This document shows, piece by piece, positions 1-14,150 of a DNA stretch of 64,000 bases. Below the pieces are notes generated by a model, which worked only from the letters and a program-made list of their open reading frames with translations, had not been told where the DNA came from and did not search any database. This stretch comes from Octopus bimaculoides (Eukaryota): positions 16,654,128-16,718,127 of the forward strand of contig NC_069005.1 in assembly GCF_001194135.2 (NCBI RefSeq). The letters are read 5' to 3'. Every line of letters begins with the position of its first letter. The stretch's first letter is position 1. A program made the translations under genes and the position numbers.

Positions 1-29
1 AGATAAATGTACAGGTACTAATCCTTTAC

Positions 30-1600
30 GCCCATTTCTAACATGAGGCAACCAAAACTTCCAAATTATCTTCAGCATGTCAGTGATATACAGGGATGAA
101 AAGACATTGGACAAGGTTTGGATAATGGTTAGTGCCCTTAGGCTTCTTCAGAGGGTCCAAATGTTAAGGAACTAACATATGTGAAAGTCAGTTAAATAGA
201 ATAAGGTAAAATAAAATAAAATAAAATAATGTGATAGACATAGTAAGGAAAGGTAAGGTAAGGACTTCAATTAAGGTGTTAATATAATCCATGGTATTCC
301 ATCCTGTGGTAAGTAGATGAATAAAGTCACACTCAGGAGGAATTTCTACAGGCCGCGGTTTACATTGTGTTTCCATTATACTGGCAGAAATAGCGAGGAT
401 AGTATGTTATGTGGTGGGTTTAATGGTTTGGTCCATGTTACAGGAGTTAGAGGTTAGATGCTAACCACTATTTAGTAGATATAGTATTATAAAAGGAGTT
501 GGCAGAAATAACTTAGATTAAACCCATTAGGGGAAGTTTAATACATGAGTATATTAATGAAAGAAAATTGGGTGAAGCCTAAATGCGATGCTAATATTAG
601 ATACTTCTTGACCAAGACGTAATCCACAACCCCCTATATGTAGTGGGGTGGGGTCAGAGTCAATCGTACAACCTAATTGGTCATGTAATATTTAAAAACA
701 TTGGCATTGTTCAAGTCCATTAGGGCTTTCAATGAATTCCAAGACTGGTAAAACAAAAGTATAAAAATCAAATCAAATAAAATAAAATAAAAATATAGAT
801 AAATACAAATACAAATATCAATATTAAGAATATTTCAGGTATGAATAGTCTGGAGGGTCTTTACTCATGGAAGAACCAAAGAAAGTACTTACGAATATGT
901 GAATAGTGTTTTATTTGAATATATCTGAGATACATATCTAATTAATGAGTAGTTTTCTGTACAGGAGAAGTAGATGAAGAAGCGTTCAGTTGAAGGGTAA
1001 ACAAATGATAAACAGACACATCATAGTTAAGTATCCTGATGTTATATTATCAATGGTGAGATGCCATGCCAAAACATATACTAGAATAGTATTTATGGAA
1101 TGTTATTACGTTGTGGGTAGGTCTGAGTAACAATTACAAATTTACTAGTAAAGTCCGAAATACAAGTGTTAATGTGGACGTGTCTGGGTTTAGATATTTT
1201 TGTAGGATTGTAGACTATAGTTGAAGGGGGGTAACTGTGTAGTTCAATTAATTCTAGCGTATAAGACATTAGAAATAAGGTTGAGATTATAAATAGTTCT
1301 GGATATAAGCAGAAAGTACTTGTTTCGATACAGGTATTACTCAGGGAACGTAATTAACTCTATGTTGTATTGTAATTATATCAGGTTATTAAGTTGTAAA
1401 ATATTAACCTAAGAGCCATATGGGTTTATTTTAGTTACAATAGGGATTATACTGGCTCTTGTGGGGATGGTGGGATAGACATGTAGTGTTAATGTATAGA
1501 TGTATTTTAATCTACCTAGATGTACAAATACTGGTAGTTATAAATATCCAGACACACGAGTGGTTTGTAATGGGTGCTTAAAATTAGTGTTTAAAATGAA
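30..1600 (-). mobile_element. Highly decayed Penelope-like retroelement remnant (tentative)
   Basis: Minus-strand ECDFIHLLTTGWN resembles the C-terminus of a PLE endonuclease. It is followed by CTGAAGAAGCC-taag-GGC (about 130-152), resembling a PLE 3' hammerhead remnant. RT motifs are not clearly readable. Confidence 0.35.
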
Positions 1601-2099
1601 TGCATAGAGATTGTTGCTAATAAGAATATGGAGTAACATCCCAATGATAAACTGATGTGATTCGATATTTATATCTATATCTATTTATACCCCCACACAT
1701 ACATACATACATACATACACACACATACACACACACACATACACACATACATATATACATAGTGTTGTTAAGCACAAATATTAGGAGAAGAAGAACAAAC
1801 ATAATAAATAACATTAGGAAAAGATAGTAATCAATATTTAGTGTTTATATTAGGGAAAATATTATTATTATTATTGAGAGGGGTACTAGCACTAGTAATA
1901 GTTAATATTAATGATATTAATGGTAGTTAGAGAAAGTGTGTTTAGCCTTATGAAGGCAAAAAACATTTCTCTCTTTAAGAGAGTTAAGAAGAGGAAGATC
2001 GGCCTTAAGCATGAAGAAAATTTCACTTACACATAACATGCCTTTCTTATTCTTAACATTATACACAGGTAATGAGGCTAGGATTTTCCAATGTAGGTC

Positions 2100-2550
2100 A
2101 TAGCTAATATTCTTATCCTTGAAGTCCCATACTTAATCCCGTTGAGTTCCTCCTATTCCTGTTTCTGAAGATATACATATGGTAATTTAGCCTATGTTTC
2201 ATTTGCTTCTGGGTTGTCCCCACATATACCTTATTACTCGATTGAGTACTCACTACACATTGGTAAACTATTTTTTTTCTATTGCAATTATTACTAAAGA
2301 CACAATTATTGCTAATTCTACAATCACAAGGCCTATACTGTTGTGCAGGGGCAACACTGGTATGGTTAGTATGTATATTGGGGGCATTATTAGGTGTGGT
2401 ATCATTACTATTGCTATGACTGGTGTTAATATTATTATTATTGTTATTATTATTATTACTATTATAATGATTGTTGTTATTAGTGTGTATATTATTCTTA
2501 TTATTTTTCCTAGTTAAGTAGATGTCAAGTTTTTTATTATACATTGACTT
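2100..2550 (-). mobile_element. Penelope-like element fragment: Asn-rich linker + GIY-YIG endonuclease
   Basis: CDCRISNNCVFSNNC..KIVYQCVV....KVYVGTTQKQMKHRLNYH is a PLE GIY-YIG pattern. Confidence 0.75.
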
Positions 2551-2674
2551 ATTTCATTCGTTAGTTTGTATCATTCACACATGTTTGTAATCATTTAATA
2601 AATAGACATAATTGAATGTTTAGTGGCTGATGTTTGTCGATTGTATATCCCCTCCATTTTTTTTTTGCCTTTAT

Positions 2675-3474
2675 NNNNNNNNNNNNNNNNNNNNNNNNNN
2701 NNNNNNNNNNNNNNNNNNNNNNNNNNNNNNNNNNNNNNNNNNNNNNNNNNNNNNNNNNNNNNNNNNNNNNNNNNNNNNNNNNNNNNNNNNNNNNNNNNNN
2801 NNNNNNNNNNNNNNNNNNNNNNNNNNNNNNNNNNNNNNNNNNNNNNNNNNNNNNNNNNNNNNNNNNNNNNNNNNNNNNNNNNNNNNNNNNNNNNNNNNNN
2901 NNNNNNNNNNNNNNNNNNNNNNNNNNNNNNNNNNNNNNNNNNNNNNNNNNNNNNNNNNNNNNNNNNNNNNNNNNNNNNNNNNNNNNNNNNNNNNNNNNNN
3001 NNNNNNNNNNNNNNNNNNNNNNNNNNNNNNNNNNNNNNNNNNNNNNNNNNNNNNNNNNNNNNNNNNNNNNNNNNNNNNNNNNNNNNNNNNNNNNNNNNNN
3101 NNNNNNNNNNNNNNNNNNNNNNNNNNNNNNNNNNNNNNNNNNNNNNNNNNNNNNNNNNNNNNNNNNNNNNNNNNNNNNNNNNNNNNNNNNNNNNNNNNNN
3201 NNNNNNNNNNNNNNNNNNNNNNNNNNNNNNNNNNNNNNNNNNNNNNNNNNNNNNNNNNNNNNNNNNNNNNNNNNNNNNNNNNNNNNNNNNNNNNNNNNNN
3301 NNNNNNNNNNNNNNNNNNNNNNNNNNNNNNNNNNNNNNNNNNNNNNNNNNNNNNNNNNNNNNNNNNNNNNNNNNNNNNNNNNNNNNNNNNNNNNNNNNNN
3401 NNNNNNNNNNNNNNNNNNNNNNNNNNNNNNNNNNNNNNNNNNNNNNNNNNNNNNNNNNNNNNNNNNNNNNNNNN
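2675..3474. other. Assembly gap (others: 14610-15507, 23027-23073, 27197-27997, 60143-60450, 62281-62582)
   Basis: Runs of N. Confidence 1.
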
Positions 3475-3924
3475 TTAATAGTCAAGACTATTTAAGCATT
3501 TTATCTGATCAAATTCATCCTATGGTTGTGGAACTGTTTCCAGAGAGAAACGCAATCTTTCAGGGTGATAATGCACAAATTCACACAGCTGAAGTTGTTA
3601 CTGAATGGCACGAGGAACATTCTAGTGAAGTTGACCATCTTATCTGACCACCACAGTCCCCAGATCTCAATATTATTGAACATTTATAGTGTATTTTAGA
3701 AAAACAAATAAGGAGTCGATATCCTCCACCATCATCACTACAAGAACTGGAGACTGTTTTAGCTGAAGAATGGACAAAATTTCCTTTGGAAATAATTCAA
3801 ACTTTGTACGAGTCCATACCTTGTAGAATTCAAGCTGTAATTACTGCCAAAGGCAGTCCTACCCCATATTAAAATAAATTTGTTTGAAATTTTAAGGTGT
3901 TTTCATTATTTTGTCTAACCCCTG
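3475..3924 (+). mobile_element. Tc1 transposon 3' half (defective DD34E transposase C-terminus + right TIR)
   Basis: FQGDNAQIHTA...PPQSPDLNIIEHL...AVITAKGSPTPY*, then TIR ...ttcattattttgtctaacccctg followed by TA. The left part runs into the gap. Confidence 0.9.
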
Positions 3925-3959
3925 TATACACACACACACACAATAAAAAGTAAAAGGGA

Positions 3960-4805
3960 TTAATAAATCTAGGCAGATATCTATAAAGCACTCATTGTTA
4001 AACAAATTTGGATGTATTTTCACAAAATGAAAATTACTTTAACCACGCATTATCTGAAACTGAAGACAAAATTTGCTCTATCCCATATCATAATACTAAT
4101 AAAATTTCTGCTAATAATAGGAAATTTGATATAATGAATCTTTAGATTGGGTGCAATAAAAATAATTACATGAAGCAATCTTATTTAAGTAAGCTAAATA
4201 ATAATAAGAATAATGATACAAATACGATTAGTAAAAAAGGAAGTATTGAAGATGAACATTAACAAGCATAAATTTAACTCTGTAGATACTAAATGTATGA
4301 GTGGTATAAACATTAGTAATAATGATAATGATGATGATGATGATGTGTCTATTAGTATGTATAACTTTAAGCACAGATATTACAGCAAGAGAACATCTGA
4401 TTTTAGACTTAGGAATTATAAACATGTTGATGATGTTAATATTAAGAATAATGTATATGTAAATAATAGAAAGACTAAATCAAGGAATATTATCTGATAT
4501 AATGCACCATTCACATATTCCGTAGCTACTAATATTTCTCAGAAATTCTTTGCTTCACTTGATAAATATTTCCTACCTTCAAGTAAGTATGGGAAATTTT
4601 TTAATCACCATAGAGTAAAATTTTCCTATTCAACCACTTGAAATTGGGTTGAAATTTTAGCAGTGCATAACAAAATTACAATTAGACAGTATCTCAACTC
4701 AAAACCTGTAGGCACAACTAGAACCAATAGTGTAAATTGTGAAATTAAATCTAATGATAATTTTTCCGAACTAGATTTTGATACTTTAGGTAAAAGTAAT
4801 TCCAA
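3960..4805 (+). mobile_element. Penelope-like element fragment (RT thumb/linker)
   Basis: RNII*YNAPFTYSVATNISQKFFASLDKYF...FFNHHRVKFSYST..HNK matches the conserved PLE linker as recalled (IWFNPPFS..TN..F..L.DKHF...FNRN.VK.SYS). Confidence 0.7.
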
Positions 4806-5312
4806 CTGTCATCATCATTTAACATCCATTTTCCATGCTGGCATGGGATGGACAGTTTAACAGAAGCTGGCAAGCCAGAAAACTGCACCAGGCTTCACTG
4901 TCTGTTTTGGCATAGTTTTTATGGCTGGATACCCTTCCTAATGCCAACTACCTTACAGAGTGGACTGAGTGCTTTTTACATGGCACCAGCACGAGCAAGG
5001 TCTGTTTTATTACAATTAATTGTAATATAAATAAACATTTTAAAACCATGCTTCAACTGTAATACCAGTAGAGGTGATTATAAGATCAGAATTCTGGACT
5101 GATGCATTGCTTCAAATGGAGAATACTTTGAAGGCAATAAAAGTGTAAACATATAAAACTAGGTGAATAAAATATTGCAAAATTCCAGTTTCTTTTGGGT
5201 ACCCCCCTCATACACACATACACACATACAACCATGTGTCTATCTGTCTGTTTATATATCTAACTGTCTCCCTATCTGTTTGTCCCATCATTTTTTTTTT
5301 GTCTCATTCCAG

Positions 5313-5375
5313 CCTGTCATTACAACCTTTTGAACATCCTTACTGCACGAAGCATGGTATTATATATGACTTGAT
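5313..5375 (+). CDS. PPIL2: PPIL2 exon 1 of those visible (U-box start, LSLQPFEHPYCTKHGIIYDL)
   Basis: Acceptor ttccag, donor gtgagt; 63 nt, phase 2 in and phase 2 out. Confidence 0.92.
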
Positions 5376-6083
5376 GTGAGTACTATTCTCTACCTACTCT
5401 TATATAATATAGTTAATATACTAATATACTAGATTATGTACATATATGTACACCAGTTTTTTTGAATATTTGATTCTTAAGATGATCTCTCCTTCTTAAG
5501 TGGAGCTGGTTTTAATTGCAATTCGGTAATTATGATACATCCTCTAGAGGTGGAGATAATTTATCAAGAATTTATGTTGTATATAATTTGAAATACTTGT
5601 ATTTGTCTTTATATGTATATAGGTATGCATGTATGCAATTGTGTGTGTGTCTTTGTGTTCATCTGTATATGTCTGTGCATTAATGCATGTGTATAAAAGT
5701 TTGAATGTATACATATATATTAAATGTCTATATAAAAATGTATTATCATGTTTATATTAGGGTATTTATGATTTTAATTTTTATCTAGAAATCTACATAT
5801 ACATACTCTTTGAGATTTTGTATATGTTTCAGAGCACATGTGCAAATGTATCACTCCTAGACTACATTTATTCATGAATTTCTCCAATATATTATAATTT
5901 ACTATTATTGATTTAATCAGGTATTCCCTATTGCATATTAGTCCTTCAGTGATCCATTTATTCATATGTATATTTTTCACACACACACACACATATCTGA
6001 GTGTGTGTCTATGACATTCTAAAGTTATTGCTTCGTCTGTCACATTGTTGATCTTAGTTTCTTCTATTTTTTCCAACAATCAG

Positions 6084-6135
6084 AAACATTGTTCCGTTCC
6101 TGAAGAAATATGGCAAAAATCCTGTCACAGGGGAG
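6084..6135 (+). CDS. PPIL2: PPIL2 exon 2 (NIVPFLKKYGKNPVTGE)
   Basis: Acceptor aatcag, donor gtaagt; 52 nt; completes the AT|A codon. Confidence 0.93.
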
Positions 6136-6730
6136 GTAAGTTTAAGATATACCATTGCCATAGAATTAATTTTGGAGGTGTTGGTGGTACTGATGGTGAT
6201 GATTACTGTCATACTTTAAACCTTTTGGTCCCAACCTGCCCAAGACCACCACTGCTTCTATGATGCAAAGTTTCATAGAAGTGATCTCAATAAAAATTTC
6301 TCATGAAAATTCCTTGTTAATTTACATTCTAATTAGCAGCTTAGTAATGACCAACATATATCAAATTCTTTATTATTTTCCAAATTAATTGAAACGAATG
6401 CAATGTAGTTCAACAGATATATGGTAACAAAAGGATTAACTATAGTTGTGTGATATTAGTGGTGATGGTAGTTGTGGGACAGCAGTGGTTGTGCACTAGT
6501 GATGGTGATAGCAGCAGTAGTTATTTGGTGGTGGTGATTGTAGCATTTGTACAAGATTCTTTGTTGTAGCAGTGATAATGGTGATGGTATGGTGGTGGTT
6601 TGTGATGATGACAGTAGAGTGGCATAGTAGTGGTGATGGAGATGTTATTGGTTGTGGTGGCGTCAGTGTGCATGGTTGCAGTGCTCATTGATATTCAATG
6701 ATAACATTGTTGTCATTATTAGTCGTCACC

Positions 6731-6900
6731 AAGGTGGTGAGCTGGCAGAATCATTAGGACGCCAGGTAAAATGCTTAGCAGCATCTTGTCCATCTTCACG
6801 TTCTGAATTCAAATTCCACTAGGGTCAACTTTGCCTTTCATCCTTTCATCCTAGCACTGGGGGCAGTGTAATCGACTTGCCCCCTCCCTTGAAATTACAG
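6731..6900 (+). mobile_element. SINE family C (representative copy)
   Basis: aaggtggtgagctggcagaatc...aaatgcttagc...ttcaaattcc...tttgcctttcatccttt...gtaatcgact. Other copies at about 14185-14420(-), 34165(+), 34404(+), 37104(+). Confidence 0.8.
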
Positions 6901-7028
6901 GTCATGTGCCAAAATTTGAAACCAGTATTACTCTCATCATCCTCACCACTACTACTACTATCACCAGCACCATCATCACCGTCATTAGTTATCATCATCA
7001 GTTCATTATTTTTATTCTTGCCTTTCAG

Positions 7029-7080
7029 AAAATGTCCATGAAGCAGATGATTAAACTGAATTTCTTCAAAAACTCCAGCG
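7029..7080 (+). CDS. PPIL2: PPIL2 exon 3 (KMSMKQMIKLNFFKNSS)
   Basis: Acceptor tttcag, donor gtaaga; 52 nt. Confidence 0.92.
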
Positions 7081-8026
7081 GTAAGATATTTTTGTATTTT
7101 AGATAATGGCTGTGAGGCCCATGTACTGCAATATTGTTCATATATCTGGGACAATGCTGCTATTGTACATAGAAACACCCCAGAACCCCATTAGAGAGCT
7201 GGTGACATCTGGAGCGATGCTGCTAATACAACTACAAGTACCCTTCTGGAGTGGTTGATTGGTAGAGTTATCAGAAGGAATACCTTATGGTATTTGCTTT
7301 GGCTCTTTGTGTTCTGGGTTCTTGGGTGGGAGACTTAAATTTGTAACCTGGTTTAACACCGCCATCTTCCCCTTGGATGCCTTTTTTAGAATTTACTCAG
7401 TTACAGCATCTGAATCAAGTTGCTGGTTTTAAAGTAACTTCAACCATCTTGAAAGCTCTGAAAAGAAAGATGAATTGATTTTAAAAAAAAGCAAAGAAAA
7501 CACCCTAGATCCATAATACTGTACTACCATTACATCTACACAAGTAACCTGCATCCTCATTACTGTACTACTCCCATATTTGGGACAATGTTTCTAAAAG
7601 AAAATGAAAGGTCATTGAACTGATTTAACAAAGACCCTTTCTTTACCCTATTTTTCTTGAAATACACCTTATCTTTTTTTCACTTTGTTTGAAAAATAAT
7701 GAAGAATATAGTAAACTAACTCTGTAATTACTAAGTAGACCTCTAGTACATAAATTAACAATTACATTACTTTAAAAACAAGAAATTTGTACCAGAGAAC
7801 CAGAGGTAGTGTTTGATGGGTTGGTATCAAAATATTTAACTGACCCACTACAAACATACTGTTACAACTACTACCACCCTCCTCCCTCATTGTAACCTTT
7901 CTTTTTTGTTTGTGCTACTACTATAGCACTTCCTGAACCTCTAGTAAACTGTCAAACACTATCCATCCTAAGTCAGCTAATGCTGCCTTTCTATTCCTCT
8001 CTAAATATCTGTGTGATCTTTTACAG

Positions 8027-8118
8027 GAAATTACCATTGCCCAGTTACATACAAAGTGTTCAATGAAAACACCCATATCATGGCTGTTGCTACTAGTGGC
8101 AATGTGTATTCATATGAG
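8027..8118 (+). CDS. PPIL2: PPIL2 exon 4 (GNYHCPVTYKVFNENTHIMAVATSGNVYSYE)
   Basis: Acceptor ttacag, donor gtgaag; 92 nt; hallmark YHCPV...GNVY motif. Confidence 0.95.
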
Positions 8119-10059
8119 GTGAAGTATTTCATATTTCTTTACAGTATTTCCTTTCTGTATGTGTGTGATTTTTGAGTTCATGTGTACATATATTTCTACG
8201 ATTTTGGATATATACTTTTTTTTATATGCATCTGTATTAACTTTCTTACTGGTAATGCCTTTCTCTATATATGTGCACAAACATAATTCTTTTCCCCTAA
8301 TGAATTGCACTTCATATTCGGGGCCCCAATGATGCTATGAGGTGTTATTCAGGCATTCAACTATGAGTCCAGTCTGGGTCACATCAGGTACATCCATACA
8401 TAAATTGGTGTTTCACTAAAGATCTTGAGTTTGGGTGCCTGTCAAGTTAGGGAATGAAGCATTGCTACAGTTTTCATTACTATTAACTTTCCATAACAAA
8501 AATGGTAAACATTTGTAAATAAAAACATATAACTGTAAATAAAAGAGAAAGAAAAAAATTTTTTCTGCAGGGGAAGTAAATAGATGGACAAAGGAGGGAT
8601 TAAGTTACATTAAATTTAAGACAAGGGAATTGTACTAGAAAAAAGAAGAGAAAGGTAAAAAAATATATATGCAGGCAAAAGTGTCTAGGGGATGAAAAGG
8701 TTAGTATACTTGCTAATCTAGGTCAGCATGAGTATAAGCATATACACACACATTCATACATGCACATATCCACAGAGACGTCAGCACCCCCGCCCACTTG
8801 GCCAATTTCGGCCATAATTCCTACAATTTATGGTCAGTAGATAACTACATTAAACGTCTATCATCACAGTTACTTTAAGATTAGGGTAGGGTGTAGACAA
8901 TTTGATGCATTCTATATCTATATCACGCAGGGTCAATGGTACATTCTACAACAGCCGATAACTGGACACACATACATGTATATCTACTTATATACATACA
9001 TGTGCATGTATATATGCACAAACATACATACAACTATACATATGCCAACAGTCCAAAATATACGCACATACACATATATACACACACACTCATCTATATG
9101 TATACACATACACATGCATGCACACACACACACACAGGCATACGCACACACACACACACAAACAATTGTAGTGATTGAAAATAAATGTTGACTCAAAATC
9201 TTTTCAATTATGCACACACACATACATATTACATGGCATTAGGAAGGGCATCCAGCTGTAGAAACTTTGCCAGATCAGATTGAGCCTGGTGCAGCCTTCT
9301 GGCTCACCAGTCCTCAGTCAAACTGTCCAACCCATGCCAGCATGGAAAGCAGACATTAAATGACAATGATGATGATGATACACACACACACACATGCATA
9401 TATTCCCAACTAGATCTATGTATTTTTACTGCTTCGTTAGTTTTCCAGTGGTAATTTTTTGTTAGCATATTTTAGTTACATACAGTTGCATTCTAAAGTT
9501 TCATATATGAACATATATAACTGTATATAAATATAATAAAGCATATTTTTGTCTCTTAAGTAAATTTGTCTATTACACTTTAAAAAAAAAGCGATACTCA
9601 AGTAACTGTTAACATATTTTAGTGACACATAGTTGCATTCAAAAGTATCATTTATGAACATATATAACTGTATATAAACATAATAAAACATACTTTTGTC
9701 TCTTTAGTTGTGACAATGTTTTTTTTTTTATCAAGCAACTAGGTTGCATTGACGATAATAATCATCTGGGCTGAGATCAGCAATTAGTGCACAACAATGG
9801 TTCAGCATATACTTACAACAGCCACTTTAATCAATTTTTCGGTGGTGATTCATTTGGTTACTTGTGTGCAGCGATGGTAATTGTGCCAATTGAGGTCAGC
9901 ACTTGGTGCAGGATAATGTTCAGCATATATTTATGCCAACCGCTTTAGTGCAAGTGCTGTTTATTTACCTAAACCATGTCCCTGTGCAGGACACTCATGC
10001 GGTATTATTCCTGAATAAGATCACTCAACAGTACAAGTCAGATCAACTTCATGTATTTA

Positions 10060-11817
<1,758 letters not shown>

Positions 11818-11899
11818 TTAATTGGTCAATAATTTTTCTGAAGAAAACTATACTGCAGTGACCTATGGTTGCTTTCTGCAACAGTTCTATATGAACATA

Positions 11900-14150
11900 C
11901 CTAAATACATGTAGCATTCTCATTCAGTTCTTCCTTGATAGAAGTTCCATGGTTGTTGTTCATGAGGTTATCACTCAGGTGGGTGGGGCAGTGAATTCAA
12001 ATGGTTGGGGTTACGTGTTTTTTTTTTTTGTGTTTGGTTTGTATTGGTTAGGTGTGGTTTCCATTGAACTAAGTGAAGGTGTGCTTAACTGTATGCATGC
12101 ATCTGGGCAGTCATTCTGCAAATCTATTTATAATCCTCTTTTTATCATCAATGATATAGACAGTGATTCCTTGGAATATAGCTGGCATTCCCCAGATAGT
12201 GTGTTATAAGGACTCGCATGTGTAATTATTGACCAGGTCAGGTTGTATTTTACTTTCTCTTTCTTGAGTCACCAGATGAAATCAGCCAGCAATGTTGCAT
12301 GCTGTTTAAGGATTTTTTGAAAACTGGCGATGTGGTTTCGATATCTTTTTTTGAAAATACTGGCTGATGCACCAATATATACATACGTGCAGGTGACATG
12401 TAAAAGCACCTACTACACTCTCTGAGTGGTTGGCGTTAGGAAGGGCATCCAGCTGTAGAAGCTCTGCCAAATTTAGATTGGAGCCTGGTGTTGCCATCCG
12501 GTTTCACCAGTCCTCAGTCAAGTCGTCCAACCCATGCTAGCATGGAAAGCGGGCGTTAAACGATGATGATGATGATGATGATGAGCTAGTATTTATGGTG
12601 CACTTGTACACCACATTGTTGCTCTGGCATTGGTTACCCAGAGGACATTTCAGTCAGTCTCTGCTTGAACATAGGTTGCCAATTTTCTTGTTTGCATGTG
12701 TATGACCAGTACCCATCCAGTTGGTGCTATTTTCATTTGTGCTCGTGGCTATCCTGTTATTATTTATATTATTTCTCTGTGTGTTTGTGTTGTTTGGGCT
12801 ATCATGTGTTGGTCGGTTGCTAAAGTTGTTGTAGTTGTCGTTTCTCAGTTGGTTTGTGTTATTGTGACTGTGATGCATTGTGTGGTTGGTATTTTCATTG
12901 TCTCTAGGGTTATTATATGGGTCTCATTCAATTTTTATGGGCCTATTTTCGATGTTGCTCACATGCTGTCTTGGTTTTTGATTGTTAATCATATGAATGT
13001 GGTGCTCCATATTTGACGAATTTGCATATGTCCGTTTTACAGTGTACCAGTTAAATTGCTGGTTGTATATGCTGTTTTTAAGGAAGCAACAATCGAGTGC
13101 CTTCCCAATCCTGGATGAGATGTTCGAGCCCCAGATTGTGTTATATCAGAGGAGATCATGTTTTCTGTATCTCCTATTAGGTTTATTTCTTTGGGTGATT
13201 GGAGTGGTGTTGCAATTTTCTGGTATCCCATGTTTAACAGTGCTGATGTATTGTCCATTGCTATTTTGCTCTATCTCATTATTGCTTCTCACGTACCTAC
13301 TTCTGATTGTCCTGTTCTTATGGTTTGGGTTGTTTTTACCCAGGTTTTTAATGTTGTATGTGTGGTTTCTGTCATGTTTGGTGGGGTTATTCCCAGAGCC
13401 ATCTGGGTTAATACTATAATTATTACTACTACTACTCATGTTTTTGATTTTTGCACAGTAATCAGTCATGGCCAGAGTGGCGTTATAGTAGGGTGCGTAT
13501 TTGTTGACTGCATCTTCATTAGCAGATAATCTGAATATTCTGGCTGAAATGTTCTTTACTAGTCCCCTAATAATAAATAGTGGATGATTTGATCTAACAT
13601 TTATATATTTTAGGCTCTCGTTGGATTTATGAAATGGTTCAAGCGCCCAGTATTTAAATTGAAAGTAGCATCTAAGAAGTTTACTCTACAGTATTTATCT
13701 ATGATGATTAAGAGCCCAAAGTTTTTAAAGAACTTGAATAAAGGTTTTTTGTTTTACTGCATCTATTTATGAAGAATAATGCATCATCCCTGCATAGATC
13801 TCTGCCAATTCCCAGGAAATAGGACTGGATCAGGGATAGGATATAGACTGTGACTAGGTCAGTGACTTATGCAGAATCTAAGGATCCCATAGCTATATCG
13901 AACATGTCCTCTCTATCGGACCACTTCCGCAGTTTACCATCAAAATCTGCATGCCGCTAGTATTATGTTGATTTCATATTCTAGAAAGATCTGAATTATT
14001 CTTAGCATAGATTAATGCCTTATTTAAGAGCATAGGGTTAATGTTGGCATAATATCTTCAATATCCAGTTGAATGAATTTACTGTTTATTTATTTCTAGT
14101 TGGTTAAACCAGTCGATTACCTCGTGTGTGTCTGACCATAGTGCTAGAGT
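11900..14150 (-). mobile_element. Penelope-like retroelement, decayed RT + linker + GIY-YIG
   Basis: Minus strand: IQLDIED (about 14060), FDIAMGSLDSA*VTDLV (about 13880), DLCRDDAL (about 13800), YINVRSNHP (about 13590), CPLGNQCQSNNVVYKC (about 12620), VYIGAS..FKKRYRNH (about 12370). Confidence 0.88.

Noticed and set aside
2194-2517. Hydrophobic or membrane-like ORFs (also 12997-13419, 36863-37105, 15605-15973)
   Set aside because: Poly-Ile/Leu/Val comes from (ATT)n/(GTT)n tracts or from the antisense strand of PLE linkers.
2595-3647. Long ORFs of 280-450 aa here and at 14388-15749, 27092-28216, 60015-60739, 62227-62679
   Set aside because: They consist of X from N-gaps, so they are not genes.
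8936-9223. His/Thr- or Cys/Val-rich ORFs (many similar across the window)
   Set aside because: These are translations of (CA)n/(TG)n/(TACA)n microsatellites.
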